Assembly: GCA_023205875.1 (NCBI GenBank)
Contig: CP060763.1
Location: 558,001 to 622,000, forward strand
Direction of reading: 5' to 3'
DNA: 64,000 nucleotides
Source: Chloropicon primus
Lineage: Eukaryota
The notes under the pieces are model-generated. The model was not told the DNA's origin. It searched no databases and was given only the letters and a program-made list of their open reading frames with translations. The translations under genes and the position numbers were made by a program. Positions 1 to 10,745 of this stretch are shown here, piece after piece. Each line of letters begins with the position of its first letter. Position 1 is the stretch's first letter.

Positions 1-1635
1 TCTCCTCCTCATGTTCCATATCTTCGAGTTGGCACGCGTTCCCGCGGCCTTGCTGTGGCTTCTCATGAAGTTCGAGTACATCAGACCCACCTGGTAATTG
101 TTGTACCACAACCGTATCGAGTACTCAAAGTCAAAGCCGATGCCTGGATCCCCGGGGCACGACAAGTTCTTGTTGAAGCCGCCAAGCTCGAGGAAGACGT
201 CTCTCTTGAGGACCAAAGGCGCGGCGTTGACTTTGTACATGAACATCATCTTCAGGTTCGTCTTCGGATCCTTCAACGTGATGTCCTTGAATTTGTGGCC
301 CTTCCTCGACGGAGTGCCGTACTTCTCGCCCGTGACCTGCCCTGTCGACTTGTCGAAACTCCTGCCCACGTCCAGTCTCCCCCTGTGCCCCCCAATCATC
401 CCCAACCCCGGAAAGCTGTTGAAGACTTTGAACATGTCGCTGAGCCACACCACGTCTTTCGGCTTGTCGTCGTCCTGAAGCATCACCAAATACTTCCCTC
501 TCGCGTATTGGCCCAGTCGAGTATACCCACGAATCTCGTGGATGTTGGGCGCGTGAACGATGTGGAACCTCTCGTCGGCCCACCTCATGAAGGAGTTGTG
601 CGCCGTGTCCCCGTCGTTGTTGATCAAGATCTCGGCATCAAACTTCTTCAGTCGGGTCACGAGCTGCTGAACCATGTGGTCTCTCCTGAAGAACTGCACG
701 ATCAAGGTCATCTTGACCTCCTTCCCGCCGTGGCCCTGCGAGCACTCGGGAGAGCTGTCACAGATTCTTGTAACGCCGCTGATGCAAGACCCCGTCTTGT
801 CCTCGACTGCATACTTGCTCCCTTCGCGGTATGCTTTGAGCCCAGCGGAATGCGTGGCGAAAAGGAGCCCCTGAGCGATCCCGCACTGCGAGAAGCACCA
901 CCGGTGCTCCCCCACGCCACCTTTGGTGTATATCGCGTGCCTAGCGATGATGTAGGGGCCGTACAGCTCCTCGGCCCCGTCCGCGGCGGCAAAGGGTTCA
1001 GATCCCTCGGCAGAGAAGAAGGCGCCACCCTTGGCGAGCTTCAGTTTCTCGTACGAACTCTTGAGCCACGACACGCTGCTGGAGGTGATCTCAAAGTCCT
1101 TGTTCAGGTATATGACGTGGTCTGCCGCTGCAATCTTCACGAGCCTCTCGAAGGCTTCGACCTCAGTGAAGGTCCTCTTCGAGTAAATGAGGAAGTCGTT
1201 CGGGCCGCTTAGCTTTGACCGCCACTCCTTGTAATTCGCACCCGAGCTTGGGCCGTCCCACGCCGCTATGAACTCTGCTCCAGGAAAAGCCTTCTGGAGA
1301 ATCGCCATCTGTCCAGACTTCTCCGGCCTCCACAGGAGTAGGCCAACCGGGGGGTAATCCTTGTACTTGCTGGTGCAACTGTTCCTCAAGTACGCCTTCT
1401 CCCTGGGCTCCCACAGTCTATCCTTCACCACGCAGCTCTCGTTCGAGACGCGCGGACTGCTCCCAGTGATTGGCGGTGGGTTGGGCGGATGGTTCAATCG
1501 TTTTGGAACATGACCACCGCTGCTCCTTCCCCGTCTACTGCCCTTTCGCTTTCCGCTCCTTCCCACGACCGGTTGGGGTGCGGCAAGGACGGAAACGAGA
1601 AGCGCAAGGACCACAAGACCTCGGAGCTTCCACAT
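1..1635 (-). CDS. Secreted/Golgi glycosyltransferase, GT2-like (GT-A fold); 3' end runs off the window
   Basis: Not in the ORF track because there is no stop in the window. Manual translation is open from ATG 1635 to base 1: signal peptide MWKLRGLVVLALLVSVLAAP, then TLIVQFF..EILINNDG, HEIRGYTRLGQYARGKYLVMLQDDD (DxD) and VFLELGGFNKNLSCPGDPGIGFDFEYSIRLW. Confidence 0.8.
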   Translation of the reverse strand, partial: MWKLRGLVVLALLVSVLAAPQPVVGRSGKRKGSRRGRSSGGHVPKRLNHPPNPPPITGSSPRVSNESCVVKDRLWEPREKAYLRNSCTSKYKDYPPVGLLLWRPEKSGQMAILQKAFPGAEFIAAWDGPSSGANYKEWRSKLSGPNDFLIYSKRTFTEVEAFERLVKIAAADHVIYLNKDFEITSSSVSWLKSSYEKLKLAKGGAFFSAEGSEPFAAADGAEELYGPYIIARHAIYTKGGVGEHRWCFSQCGIAQGLLFATHSAGLKAYREGSKYAVEDKTGSCISGVTRICDSSPECSQGHGGKEVKMTLIVQFFRRDHMVQQLVTRLKKFDAEILINNDGDTAHNSFMRWADERFHIVHAPNIHEIRGYTRLGQYARGKYLVMLQDDDKPKDVVWLSDMFKVFNSFPGLGMIGGHRGRLDVGRSFDKSTGQVTGEKYGTPSRKGHKFKDITLKDPKTNLKMMFMYKVNAAPLVLKRDVFLELGGFNKNLSCPGDPGIGFDFEYSIRLWYNNYQVGLMYSNFMRSHSKAAGTRANSKIWNMRRR

Positions 1636-2396
1636 GACCCCTCTTCCAAAACCTCTCCTTCGCCTGAACACAAACTCTAGTTGTCAAGCTGTCCTCCCAA
1701 ACAAACGCTTTGTCACTCACCACCACCACATGGGTGGTTCTCTCGCTTCGGCACGAAAGAAGGCCTGGTGTTGCCAAGCCAAGGCCTCGTCCGACGAATG
1801 CTCTCTTGCCCACTGGCTGCTAGAAGTCTCCTCCTCTGTCGTTCTCGGACGGGCGGCCACCACCTTGGCCTTGATCCAATAGATCTTTGCTCTGACCAAG
1901 GTGGACGGTTCGTTCGAGAGGGCAGAGGAAGCAAGAGGACTCGTGGAGGAGTGAGGAGGGGGCAACTTGTCCCAATCGTTACGAGGGAGAGAGCGTGCGA
2001 TGGAGGATTGACGGAATGGGATGGGCCTAAGTCCCTCAAGTGAACGTCATCCCCACCATCGTGGAAGGAGAGGATTGTTTGGATGATGGACACACACAAA
2101 CACACGTCGTCGTCGTTGTCGTCGTCGTCGTCGTTGTCGTCGAGTTAGGGAGGAGGAGGGAAAAAGCAATGCACGAGAACAAAAGTCACTCCAATCGTGT
2201 CGGACAAGGTCCCAGCAGGGAATAGCACTAGATCAATCGATTGCCGCTCGACTCCCTTCTCTTGCATCCGTCCGTGACTTTGGGGGCGGTGATTTATCGG
2301 AGATCGCGAGCGTTACGAGGGAGAGCTCGAAGAAGCGAAGGCGACGGAGGAGAGAGAGAGAGAGAGAGAGAGAAGGCGAAGGCGAAGGCGAGAAGG

Positions 2397-3875
2397 ATGA
2401 AGATAGCTTGCATCGGTGCGGGGTACGTGGGCGGGCCCACCATGGCGATGATCGCCCACAAGTGCGAGGGCGTAGAGGTGACGGTTTTGGACATCAACGA
2501 GGAGAGGATAGCGGCTTGGAACAGCGACAAGCTTCCGATCTACGAGCCGGGACTGGAGGAGGTCGTGAGCGCGGCGAGGGGCAAGACGCTGTTCTTCTCG
2601 ACGGAATGCGAGAAGCACGTCGCGGAGGCCGACATCGTGTTCATAAGCGTGAACACGCCCACCAAGACGAGGGGCGTGGGCGCGGGGTACGCTGCCGACA
2701 TGACCTACTGGGAGAGCGCCGCGAGGATGATCGCGAGGGTGTCCCACTCGCCCAAGATCATCGTGGAGAAGTCCACCGTTCCGGTCAAGACCGCGCAGGC
2801 CGTCGAGAGGGTCCTCAGCAACAACGTGCTGAACCCCGGGGCGCGGTTCGACATCCTGTCGAACCCCGAGTTCCTGGCGGAGGGGACGGCCATCAAGGAC
2901 CTCGAGAAGCCGGACAGGGTCATCATCGGAGGGAGGCAGACCCCCCGCGGGCTCAAGGCCATCGACACCCTGAAGAAGGTCTACGCCCAGTGGATCCCGG
3001 AGGACCAGATCCTCACCAGCAACTTGTGGTCCTCCGAGCTCGCCAAGTTGGCGGCGAACGCGTTCTTAGCCCAGAGGATCTCCTCCATCAACGCCGTGTC
3101 CGCCTTGTGCGAGAAGACGGGAGCGGACGTCTCGGAGATCTCGAAGTGCATCGGGGCCGACTCGAGGATCGGCCCGAAGTTCCTGAACGCCAGCGTCGGC
3201 TTTGGGGGCTCCTGCTTCCAGAAAGACATCCTCAACATGGTGTACATCTGCAGGGGGCTGGGCCTGGAGGAGGTCGCCAATTACTGGGAGTCGGTGATCA
3301 CCATCAACAACTACCAGAAGAGGAGGTTCGTCGACGTCGTGATCTCGAGCTTGTTCAACACCGTCAGGGCCAAGAGGATAGCGATTCTGGGATTCGCCTT
3401 CAAGAAGGACACGGGCGACACGCGCGAGACCCCAGCCATAGACGTCTGCAACGGCCTGCTAGAGGAAGGGGCCAAGCTTGCCGTGTACGACCCGCAAGTC
3501 ACCGAGGAGAGAATGAAGATGGACCTCAGCATGGACAAGTTCGAGTGGGACCACCCTTACTCGGAAAGGAAGGCCAAGGAAGTGAACGACCTCATAGAGT
3601 GCTCCGAGTCTGTCTACAAGGCTTGTGAGGGGGCGCACGCTCTCTGCGTGCTCACGGAATGGGATGAATTCAAGGAGTTGGATCTGAGAAGGATCTACGA
3701 CTCGATGGTGAAGCCTGCCTTCATATTCGACGGGAGGAGTGTCATAGACGGCAAGGCCGCGAAGAAGATTGGTTTTGTATTCTTCGGAGTCGGCAAGCCT
3801 CTGGACCCTTTTTTGACGGACCCCGCTTCGCCGAACTCCCCCGCCAACTCGGCAAGGATGAGCATGAGCCCATAA
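2397..3875 (+). CDS. UGD: UDP-glucose 6-dehydrogenase
   Basis: [13 protein letters not shown]ossmann start, NPEFLAEG, catalytic [20 protein letters not shown]. Confidence 0.97.
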   Translation: MKIACIGAGYVGGPTMAMIAHKCEGVEVTVLDINEERIAAWNSDKLPIYEPGLEEVVSAARGKTLFFSTECEKHVAEADIVFISVNTPTKTRGVGAGYAADMTYWESAARMIARVSHSPKIIVEKSTVPVKTAQAVERVLSNNVLNPGARFDILSNPEFLAEGTAIKDLEKPDRVIIGGRQTPRGLKAIDTLKKVYAQWIPEDQILTSNLWSSELAKLAANAFLAQRISSINAVSALCEKTGADVSEISKCIGADSRIGPKFLNASVGFGGSCFQKDILNMVYICRGLGLEEVANYWESVITINNYQKRRFVDVVISSLFNTVRAKRIAILGFAFKKDTGDTRETPAIDVCNGLLEEGAKLAVYDPQVTEERMKMDLSMDKFEWDHPYSERKAKEVNDLIECSESVYKACEGAHALCVLTEWDEFKELDLRRIYDSMVKPAFIFDGRSVIDGKAAKKIGFVFFGVGKPLDPFLTDPASPNSPANSARMSMSP

Positions 3876-3943
3876 GAAGGTCAGCACCGTTGGCATATAT
3901 AAAACAAGAACAATTTATCCAAACAAGAACTTTCCAAACCCAC

Positions 3944-6196
3944 CTACTTGTGCTTGGCCGGTTCCAAGAGGCACCCAAAGTCCCCGTGCATGGGCTTGAT
4001 ACCATTCTCATAACGGTTGTGCCAGTTCTCTGGTACGTGCTGATTCTCGTTGTTGGATTCTCCAAACTCTTTCCTGTTCTGACCCATGAAGGCCTTGGGC
4101 GGGACGCAGACCTTCTCCTTCCGCTCAACGAGATAGCGCATCAGGTCGTGGTCGGTCGGTTCCTTCCAGAAAGTCGCGTCGCTCCTCTCCATGTAACCCT
4201 TCACGAAGTCGCTCTTCATCACGAGAGCGTGGTTGCACAAGGGGGTGATCCCCTTGTGGGTCTCGTACTGCATGAGGTTGTCTGAAACACGAGCAACGCT
4301 CTTTTGCAACTGGCGGCAGTCCGCGTAGCAATACCCCAGGAAGAGCACCGTGCAATCCTGGTCCTTAAACTCATTAAACGTAGCGAGGACTTTTTCCACT
4401 TCCACAGTCACCATGGCGTCGTCTTCCACGACCATGATTGTCGAGTACCCGTTCACGTACGCGTCGTAGTAGCACATGAAGAAGCTCAGAGACACTGGCA
4501 GTATGGTTTTCCGCCCATATATCTGCTTGTGCGCCCCTTTGGTGAACGTGTCGCTTAGGGCGATGTAATCATCTTCCGTGAGCTCCTCCACCACCACAGC
4601 GTTCAAAACCTTGGTCCGGACCCCCAATTCCTGGAGCGCCTCTTCGATGTACTCCTTTCTTTCCGGCATGGTGATCGCGTATACCATGTCCAGGGCCCCA
4701 GAAGCAGCGGCCTCGCCCTCCTTGGTGTCCTCGAACTTGTGCTTGAACCTGCCGTAAATCCCCCGCGGCGTGTAGTCCTTGAATGAGCTCAAGCTCAGCT
4801 TCTGCGGCTCGAATTTTGGTTTCGTGTGAGCCCCGCTTAGCGCAATGGGCCCCATCCCGTTGCGAATCAAGCCACCCTGCATATCCGTCCACTCCACGTC
4901 CGAACAAGCGCCGTACGCATTCTCGAGGACCTGCATCCCGTTCCTGACGTCGTTCGCGGTGAATGGCTCGCAATTGTTGCCCAGGCACTGCCGCTTGCAC
5001 AGCTGATGATCGTCCACAAAATAATTCCAGAGGTTCCACACCCTCCCCGGCTGTCTCCTTACCCCCCCGTCTATGTTGTGGCTGTCCAGGTGCACCAGGG
5101 GGGTCACGTCCACTACCAAGTTGCCGACCTCCGCATTGCAGTAGGTCTTCGCAAGCCGGGCGAGCTTGCTCCACCACCCGTCGATCCCCCAGTCGCTCCT
5201 GCCGTTCTGAACGGTGATTCTCTTGTACAGGGCAGACCAAATTTTCGTGGAGATGACGGGGGCCATCATCTCCGTGGCCGGGGCCGCGTGGGCGAGCATT
5301 GCCTGGCCCCTGAACGACTCCGACTGCATCCTCATAAAGTCGAAGTCGGAAGACCTCTCCCCGAACTCGACCGGAACGATGGACGGGGTCGACACCACCG
5401 GGTTGAACCTCCGGAGCAGCGACCGGAAGATGCCCCAATGGAAGAACGTGAAGTCCAAGTCGTCGTCCAGGAACCAGACGTACTCGTACTCGTCCGAGAT
5501 GCCCTCGTCCAGCGTCTTCCAAAAGTCGACCTTGCACCCGGTTTGCAAGGTCGACGTCACAAGAGCCTCGTCAGAGTACCACGGCATCTTCTTCCAGGCC
5601 TCGTTGGTCGCAGTGTAGTGGAAGAAGTGGAAGTGAAACGAGTCCCCTTGCTCGTTGCTCCCCAGCTTCGCAAAGATGTCGTTCCAGTTCTCCGCGAGCT
5701 CTGGCGTGTCCCCCACCGCCGATACCACCAGCACGCGCATGGACTCGCTCCTCCCCCGGCCGGACGCCTCCGGCCAGTACACCGGGTCCTCGAGGCTCGC
5801 GACGATCTCCCCGTGGAACCGGGGCCACTCGCTGTTCACGATGTGCCACGTGTACGGCATGTACACCAGGGAGCGCCCGTAGTCTCTCACCACCTCCATG
5901 AGCTTCCAGCGGCTCGAGTGAATCAGCTCGGGGTCGAACGGCGTCGGGTAGTTTGGGGTCCCCTGCACGTAGAGGGACACCGTGAAGCAAATCCACAGCA
6001 GAACCAGCATCACGAAGCAGATTTGTATCAGGCCGATGGCGTCGAACCTCTGCTTGTGCAGCTCCGCGAGCTCCCGCTTCCGCATGCTGAGGCTCCTCTT
6101 CAAGTACGACCCAAAAGAAGCGCTCCTCTTGAGCACCTTCGTCCCCCGATACTTTACCGGAGAGGTCGTCGTCATCGACGCCATCCTCGACACCAT
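3944..6196 (-). CDS. Type II membrane two-domain glycosyltransferase (DUF707-like plus GT25-like)
   Basis: N-terminal TM (LIQICFVMLVLLWICFTVSLY). Domain 1: YEYVWFLDDDL, EMMAPV, DWGIDGWW. Domain 2: VYAITMPERKEYI, IMVVEDDA, VLFLGYC. Confidence 0.7.
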   Translation of the reverse strand: MVSRMASMTTTSPVKYRGTKVLKRSASFGSYLKRSLSMRKRELAELHKQRFDAIGLIQICFVMLVLLWICFTVSLYVQGTPNYPTPFDPELIHSSRWKLMEVVRDYGRSLVYMPYTWHIVNSEWPRFHGEIVASLEDPVYWPEASGRGRSESMRVLVVSAVGDTPELAENWNDIFAKLGSNEQGDSFHFHFFHYTATNEAWKKMPWYSDEALVTSTLQTGCKVDFWKTLDEGISDEYEYVWFLDDDLDFTFFHWGIFRSLLRRFNPVVSTPSIVPVEFGERSSDFDFMRMQSESFRGQAMLAHAAPATEMMAPVISTKIWSALYKRITVQNGRSDWGIDGWWSKLARLAKTYCNAEVGNLVVDVTPLVHLDSHNIDGGVRRQPGRVWNLWNYFVDDHQLCKRQCLGNNCEPFTANDVRNGMQVLENAYGACSDVEWTDMQGGLIRNGMGPIALSGAHTKPKFEPQKLSLSSFKDYTPRGIYGRFKHKFEDTKEGEAAASGALDMVYAITMPERKEYIEEALQELGVRTKVLNAVVVEELTEDDYIALSDTFTKGAHKQIYGRKTILPVSLSFFMCYYDAYVNGYSTIMVVEDDAMVTVEVEKVLATFNEFKDQDCTVLFLGYCYADCRQLQKSVARVSDNLMQYETHKGITPLCNHALVMKSDFVKGYMERSDATFWKEPTDHDLMRYLVERKEKVCVPPKAFMGQNRKEFGESNNENQHVPENWHNRYENGIKPMHGDFGCLLEPAKHK

Positions 6197-6547
6197 GCCT
6201 CAAGAGGTCCGCACGCCTCGCCAACGATATAGTGCGCCCCCGACTCTATCTCTGAAAAGTAAAAAGAAAAAAAGACGCCTCTCGTAGCTCTGCGCCTCCG
6301 TTACTTCCGTCTCGTCCCCTCAGTCGAGAAGGGGAGGAGGGATGTCGCGGCCCCTCTTTCTGCGCTCCGTCCCTTGTCCCCGTCTCTCCCTTCCGCGCGC
6401 GCAACCAACGCCGGAGCAGCAGAGCGCTAAGAGCGCTAGGTTTCAACCTCAGCCAGCCGTTACCACCCACCCCAGAGATTTCCATTCAAAATCAATCACG
6501 TGGGAGGAAAAATAATTTCCATGGGGCAAAAGGATTGGGGTGGGGCG

Positions 6548-6616
6548 CTGATGTTCATCTACAAGGTCAACATGGGCCCCATGATGGCGCGGCGGAGTCT
6601 CTTCATGAAGCTGGGC
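6548..6616 (+). pseudogene. Isolated fragment of a GT2 paralog
   Basis: Translates LMFIYKVNMGPMMARRSLFMKLG, which aligns with MMFMYKVNAAPLVLKRDVFLELG of the GT2 gene (nt 249..181, minus). Flanks show no similarity. Confidence 0.6.
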
Positions 6617-6650
6617 GCCGTTTTTCTTGGTTTGTTTGGGTTTCAATTGG

Positions 6651-6655
6651 TTACA
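6651..6655 (-). promoter_or_regulatory. TGTAA chlorophyte poly(A) signal (representative example)
   Basis: TGTAA lies 35-92 nt past the stop on the coding strand for several genes: here, and at 25469, 26681, 31075, 47050 and 48119 (minus) and 55169 (plus). Confidence 0.7.
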
Positions 6656-6738
6656 AGTAATGTTATGCATTTGCGCGTACGTGTACAACAGCGGGGGGAA
6701 GGCGGTTCTCTTCCCCCCTCTTCCCCCCTCTTCCCGTC

Positions 6739-8064
6739 CTAACTGATGGGCGCCAGCTCCCCTTGGCTGGCGTACAGCGAGAAGTTGCTGGTCTCCTCGT
6801 TGGAGTCCAGCTTGGGGAGGCTCATCTCGAACGAGTGTTCCGGCAGCCTGGAGAAGCTCGCCTGCTGGGTCTGGCTGTTGATCTTGGAGAACAGCAGCCT
6901 CAGGATCCGCTCCCGGTCCTCCCAGCTGAGGTCCCCGATGTCGATCTTGGCGCTCGCCGGGGGCAGGCCCCTCTCCTGGGTGAGGGAGGGGAACATGCCC
7001 TGCTCCCTCTTGATGTGGTCCTTCACCGTGGTCAGGCTGGAGATCAGGAAGTTCTCCACGTTGCTCCGCTGCATCAGGACCTCCCTGGCGAGCTTCCTGA
7101 TGTTCTTCAGCTCCCTCGTCTTGAGCTTGAGCGCCCGCCTGGACATCTCCAACTCGCTCTGCAGCTCCCTCTTCTCCTTCTCCCCCTTCTTCCTCAGCGT
7201 GTCCTTCTCCCCCTTCATCTCGTCGATGCTCTGGCTCAGGCTCTTCTCCAGCATCTGGATCTTCTTCGAGGTGTCCTTGAGCTCCTGGGCCTGCTTCAGC
7301 CCGCGCTTGGCGTACTCCTGCTCGGCCTCGTTCTTGATGTCCAGCTCTCGGGTCAGGACCTTGTTCTCCTCCTCGAGGCGCTTCTTGTCCCTCTGCAAGA
7401 TGCTCGTCTCCTGCACGTGCATGTGGAGCTCCTCGGCCAGCTTGCGGTTCTGCTGAAGGATCCTCTTCATGCTCGCGTCCAGGCGCTCGTCGATGTCCGC
7501 CTCGGCGTTCCGCTTGAGGTGCTCAATCTTCTGCTCGAACTCGACCTTCTGCTTGTTGTTCTGCTCGATGAACTTCCTCTCCAACTCCCGCAGCCGGTGG
7601 TCCTCGCCCTGCTTCAGCTCCCGGATCTCGTCCTTGAGGGCCTCCTTCTCCTCCTCCATCTGGATCTTGGTGTTCTTGAAGTTCTGGATCGCCAGCAGCT
7701 CCGTCGTGAGCTGGTCCACTTCCTTGTCCTTCTCCTTCAGGCGGTCCTCCCACTTGTTCTCGAGGTCCTCGATCTTGTTGCTGTGCTGCTTCTCCAAATG
7801 AGCCTTCATCTCCTCCGTCTCCAGGTCCTTCTTCTCGATGAGGGCCTCCAGCTTGATGATCTTGTCCGTCTTGAAGGCCAGCTCCTTGCGCAGGTGTTCC
7901 GCCACCTCGTACGACTCCTTCTTCTCCGCCTCCCTCTCCTCCTGCAAGTGCCGGTGGTCCCGCAGCAGGGCATCGTGCTTGCCCTTCAAGGTCGAAAGAG
8001 CCTTCTTCTTCCGGTCATTCTCCGCGATGATCACGTACTGACCAGCCGTGTAACTCTCAGGCAT
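6739..8064 (-). CDS. Ciliary coiled-coil protein, BBOF1/CCDC176-CFAP157 family
   Basis: Long coiled coil. LAREVLMQRSNVENFL and IDIGDLSWEDRERILRLLFSKIN match the BBOF1-type C-terminal motifs. Start placed at MPESY. Confidence 0.7.
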   Translation of the reverse strand: MPESYTAGQYVIIAENDRKKKALSTLKGKHDALLRDHRHLQEEREAEKKESYEVAEHLRKELAFKTDKIIKLEALIEKKDLETEEMKAHLEKQHSNKIEDLENKWEDRLKEKDKEVDQLTTELLAIQNFKNTKIQMEEEKEALKDEIRELKQGEDHRLRELERKFIEQNNKQKVEFEQKIEHLKRNAEADIDERLDASMKRILQQNRKLAEELHMHVQETSILQRDKKRLEEENKVLTRELDIKNEAEQEYAKRGLKQAQELKDTSKKIQMLEKSLSQSIDEMKGEKDTLRKKGEKEKRELQSELEMSRRALKLKTRELKNIRKLAREVLMQRSNVENFLISSLTTVKDHIKREQGMFPSLTQERGLPPASAKIDIGDLSWEDRERILRLLFSKINSQTQQASFSRLPEHSFEMSLPKLDSNEETSNFSLYASQGELAPIS

Positions 8065-8655
8065 CTTCTTCTTCCTCCTCCTCTTCTCTACTACTACTAC
8101 TACTGTGTGGGTCTGATGCAACTCAACAAAGGTCGTGCCGTGGACTCGTGGGCCCAATTCGACGAGTCTTGCGCTCCTCCCTTCCCCTTCTCGAACGGAC
8201 GAGACCCCTCGCGTGCCCCGTCTCTAGCCTTGTCGTCCCCTCCCCTCCTCTCCTCGTCCCCTCTCTCGCCTCCTCCCTCGGAAAATGAAAATGCGAGTTG
8301 GGTCCAATCAATCCCTTGGGCAATGCAGGCGCAAACCTCTCGTTCCCTCCGAAACCACCAAAGCAGGTCTTAAGGGGAGAGATGCTCGTGCTCGGTCCCT
8401 CCACTATGAAGTGAATCTTATGGTTCTGGTCTTGACACCTCTTGGGTCTTGGGTTCACCTTTCCTCTCCTCCACCTTGAGCCTTGATGTTTCCCCTCCTT
8501 TGGCGGTCAAACTCGTCGTACAGTGTCAGAAGGGCGAAGAGGAGTGCAATCAAACCTACGCCCGAAGGTCGCACCTTGGAGGGAGGCAGCAAACGAATAG
8601 CATTCGAGTCTTGTCCTTTGGAACCATAGGGAGAGAAGGCTTTGGGGTCGGAAGC

Positions 8656-9465
8656 ATGGGACCACGGCGCACTACAAGCCAAGGCGTTCCACTGCAGGAC
8701 GTCTTCCTCCACCGGGAGCTCGTGTATCAAGCGCTCGGGTTTCGAGCGTCCGGCCAGTACTCCGAGGAAGGCAGAGGAGTCTCGAGGCGCCAGCAGGACG
8801 AGGCGTCCTCCTCCTCCTCCTCCTCCTCCTCTTTAGATTGTCACAAACTCAGGGAAGAGCTTGAGGTGGTGAAGCGGCACCTGGTGGCTTCCGAGGCCGA
8901 CAGAGCTGCTCTTTTGACCGTGCTGAGGGAGAGGTATACTCAGCGACAGCCGGGAGGCCCAGTCCGGCCTCAACGCTACGAGCACGCCGGGACTGGAAGC
9001 GCACAGGAAGACGACGAGGGTGCATCGTACGACCTGCTCGAGGAGAACCTCCTCCTCCGGGCCAAGGTAGACAAGTGGAAGAAGGTGGCGAGCGGAAGGA
9101 ACAAGTGCGTTCGACGCATGAAGAGCCTGCAGAACGAAGTACGCGTGCTTCACGCCAAAAATCTTGGGCACCAGCGCAGCGAGAAGATGGCAGAGAAGGT
9201 GCATCAGCTGGAGCTCCAGGTGGCTCTCTTGAGGGGGGCCTTCAAGAGCACGAACGACTTCCTCGCCGGGAAGGAGAACTTTTACATCGGGGCGCCCCGT
9301 GATGCGAGGAACGAAGCGCCTCCACCAGCTGCTGCCATGACAGGGGTTGGCGCGGGCAGCTTTCAGCGCAAGCAGAACACGATATTGAAGGACATAGTGA
9401 GCACCACGAGTGACATGGAGAAGGAAGTGCAGGCTTTGATGGACAAGTGGAAATCTTCTGCCTGA
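8656..9465 (+). CDS. Hypothetical coiled-coil protein
   Basis: Coding-like codon usage and heptad-rich segments; convergent with Bud32. Confidence 0.6.
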   Translation: MGPRRTTSQGVPLQDVFLHRELVYQALGFRASGQYSEEGRGVSRRQQDEASSSSSSSSSLDCHKLREELEVVKRHLVASEADRAALLTVLRERYTQRQPGGPVRPQRYEHAGTGSAQEDDEGASYDLLEENLLLRAKVDKWKKVASGRNKCVRRMKSLQNEVRVLHAKNLGHQRSEKMAEKVHQLELQVALLRGAFKSTNDFLAGKENFYIGAPRDARNEAPPPAAAMTGVGAGSFQRKQNTILKDIVSTTSDMEKEVQALMDKWKSSA

Positions 9466-9530
9466 TCTGGTCGGAGCTCGAACATAAATTACTGACAAAC
9501 TAGACTAAAAGACAGGTTTCTCACCCTCGA

Positions 9531-10609
9531 TCATCCCACCATGCTTCGCTTCCTGCCTCTCATTCGCACCTCAGAATACCTGTTGAAGGTCGACTTCCAT
9601 AGCGATGTTTCTCCCTCGTAAGCACCGAGGACCTTCTCGAAGAGTCCAGGCAAGTCCGCGTGGGCGTTCAAGAAAGCTCTCTCCATGACGTAGAGATCAA
9701 CTCCCTTGTCCTCCGGGCCGTTCTGAGCGGAGCAGTTGAAGCTCAAGCCAAAATCGATGAAGGTGATGTCCAAGCTCTCCGTCCTGATGATCATGTTCGA
9801 GGTCGTGAGGTCGCCGTGAATGAGGCTCCCGTCGTGCAAGTTCGCGACCATCTTGCCAATGGTTGCGAGGACCGTGTCGAGGTCGGCCTCGCTGTACTTG
9901 CCAGCCTTCAGCCAGTCCTTGACCATGATCCCCGGCATCTTCTCCATCACGATGCTGTTGGTCTCCTGGTCCACAAGAAGGACAGTTGGAGTCTTTATGC
10001 CAAGCTTGCGCGCTTTCATCATCCCCCTCACCTCCTGCAGGGAGGAGTCCCCCAACACGACGCACGAGACAGAGACGGAAGAGCGGACCAAAAGTGTGAG
10101 TACGTCGCCGCACCAAGCTCGGGCACAAGGGACGCGGAAGCCGTTGAGGACGCTTCTCGTGGCGGGGACTTACCATTCCCAGTCTCTGTCGCGTGAGCTT
10201 CTTGTTCAGGATGGGGTGCCGGTACATCTTGTCAAACCTCTGCTTCAGGATGGCCTTCTTCTTCCAGTACTTGGTCTCGAACACCCGCTGAAAGAAACAA
10301 AAAACGGGGAAGCGAGTCAGCGAGGGCAACAGCCGACCCAATCGCGGGGGCGCGGAGCTGGCAGATCCCTCCACGGAAGTCCTCGCACGCCGCTGCCACG
10401 CGTTGCGGCGGACGGCCTCCATCACGGCACGACTGAATGCCGTTCCGGCTGCCGAAAGAGACCAAGAGAAAAAGACGGAGAGCGAGAGCGAGAGCGAGAG
10501 AAATACTTGTTCGCTCGATGGATTCGCCACTCACCCCCTCGGCGCCCTGGCACAGGAGCCTGCATTTCGGCATGAGCCCGACCGTCTGGTCCTCCTCCTT
10601 CGTCGCCAT
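9531..10609 (-). CDS. BUD32: Bud32/TP53RK (KEOPS kinase); exons 10609-10535, 10287-10174, 10034-9531
   Basis: QGAEG, KQRFDKMYRHPIL, IHGDLTTSN, FIDFGL, EDKGVDLYVMERA and C-terminal RGRKRSMVG. GT-AG introns keep the frame. Confidence 0.95.
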
Positions 10610-10745
10610 GATTAATTATGGAAGATAGATGAAGAGAGATGCTTCGGAGGGGGAAGGTTTCTGTCTGTGTCTGTGTGTCTTCGTCTTCCCTTTTGTGTTG
10701 GCTGTTGGTTACTGATTAAGGGAATGCCTCCTCTGGCTTATTTAT

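Noticed and set aside
55..1212. 385-aa plus-strand ORF and other long antisense ORFs (6763..8373, 13867..15645, 26899..29208, 31248..33080, 52676..54202, 60501..61961)
   Set aside because: Shadow frames of GC3-rich genes on the opposite strand; they carry no recognisable motifs.
6500..6742. 80-aa ORF as a real small gene
   Set aside because: Only 23 codons resemble a protein family; the rest overlaps the neighbour's AT-rich 3'UTR, so I treat it as a fragment.
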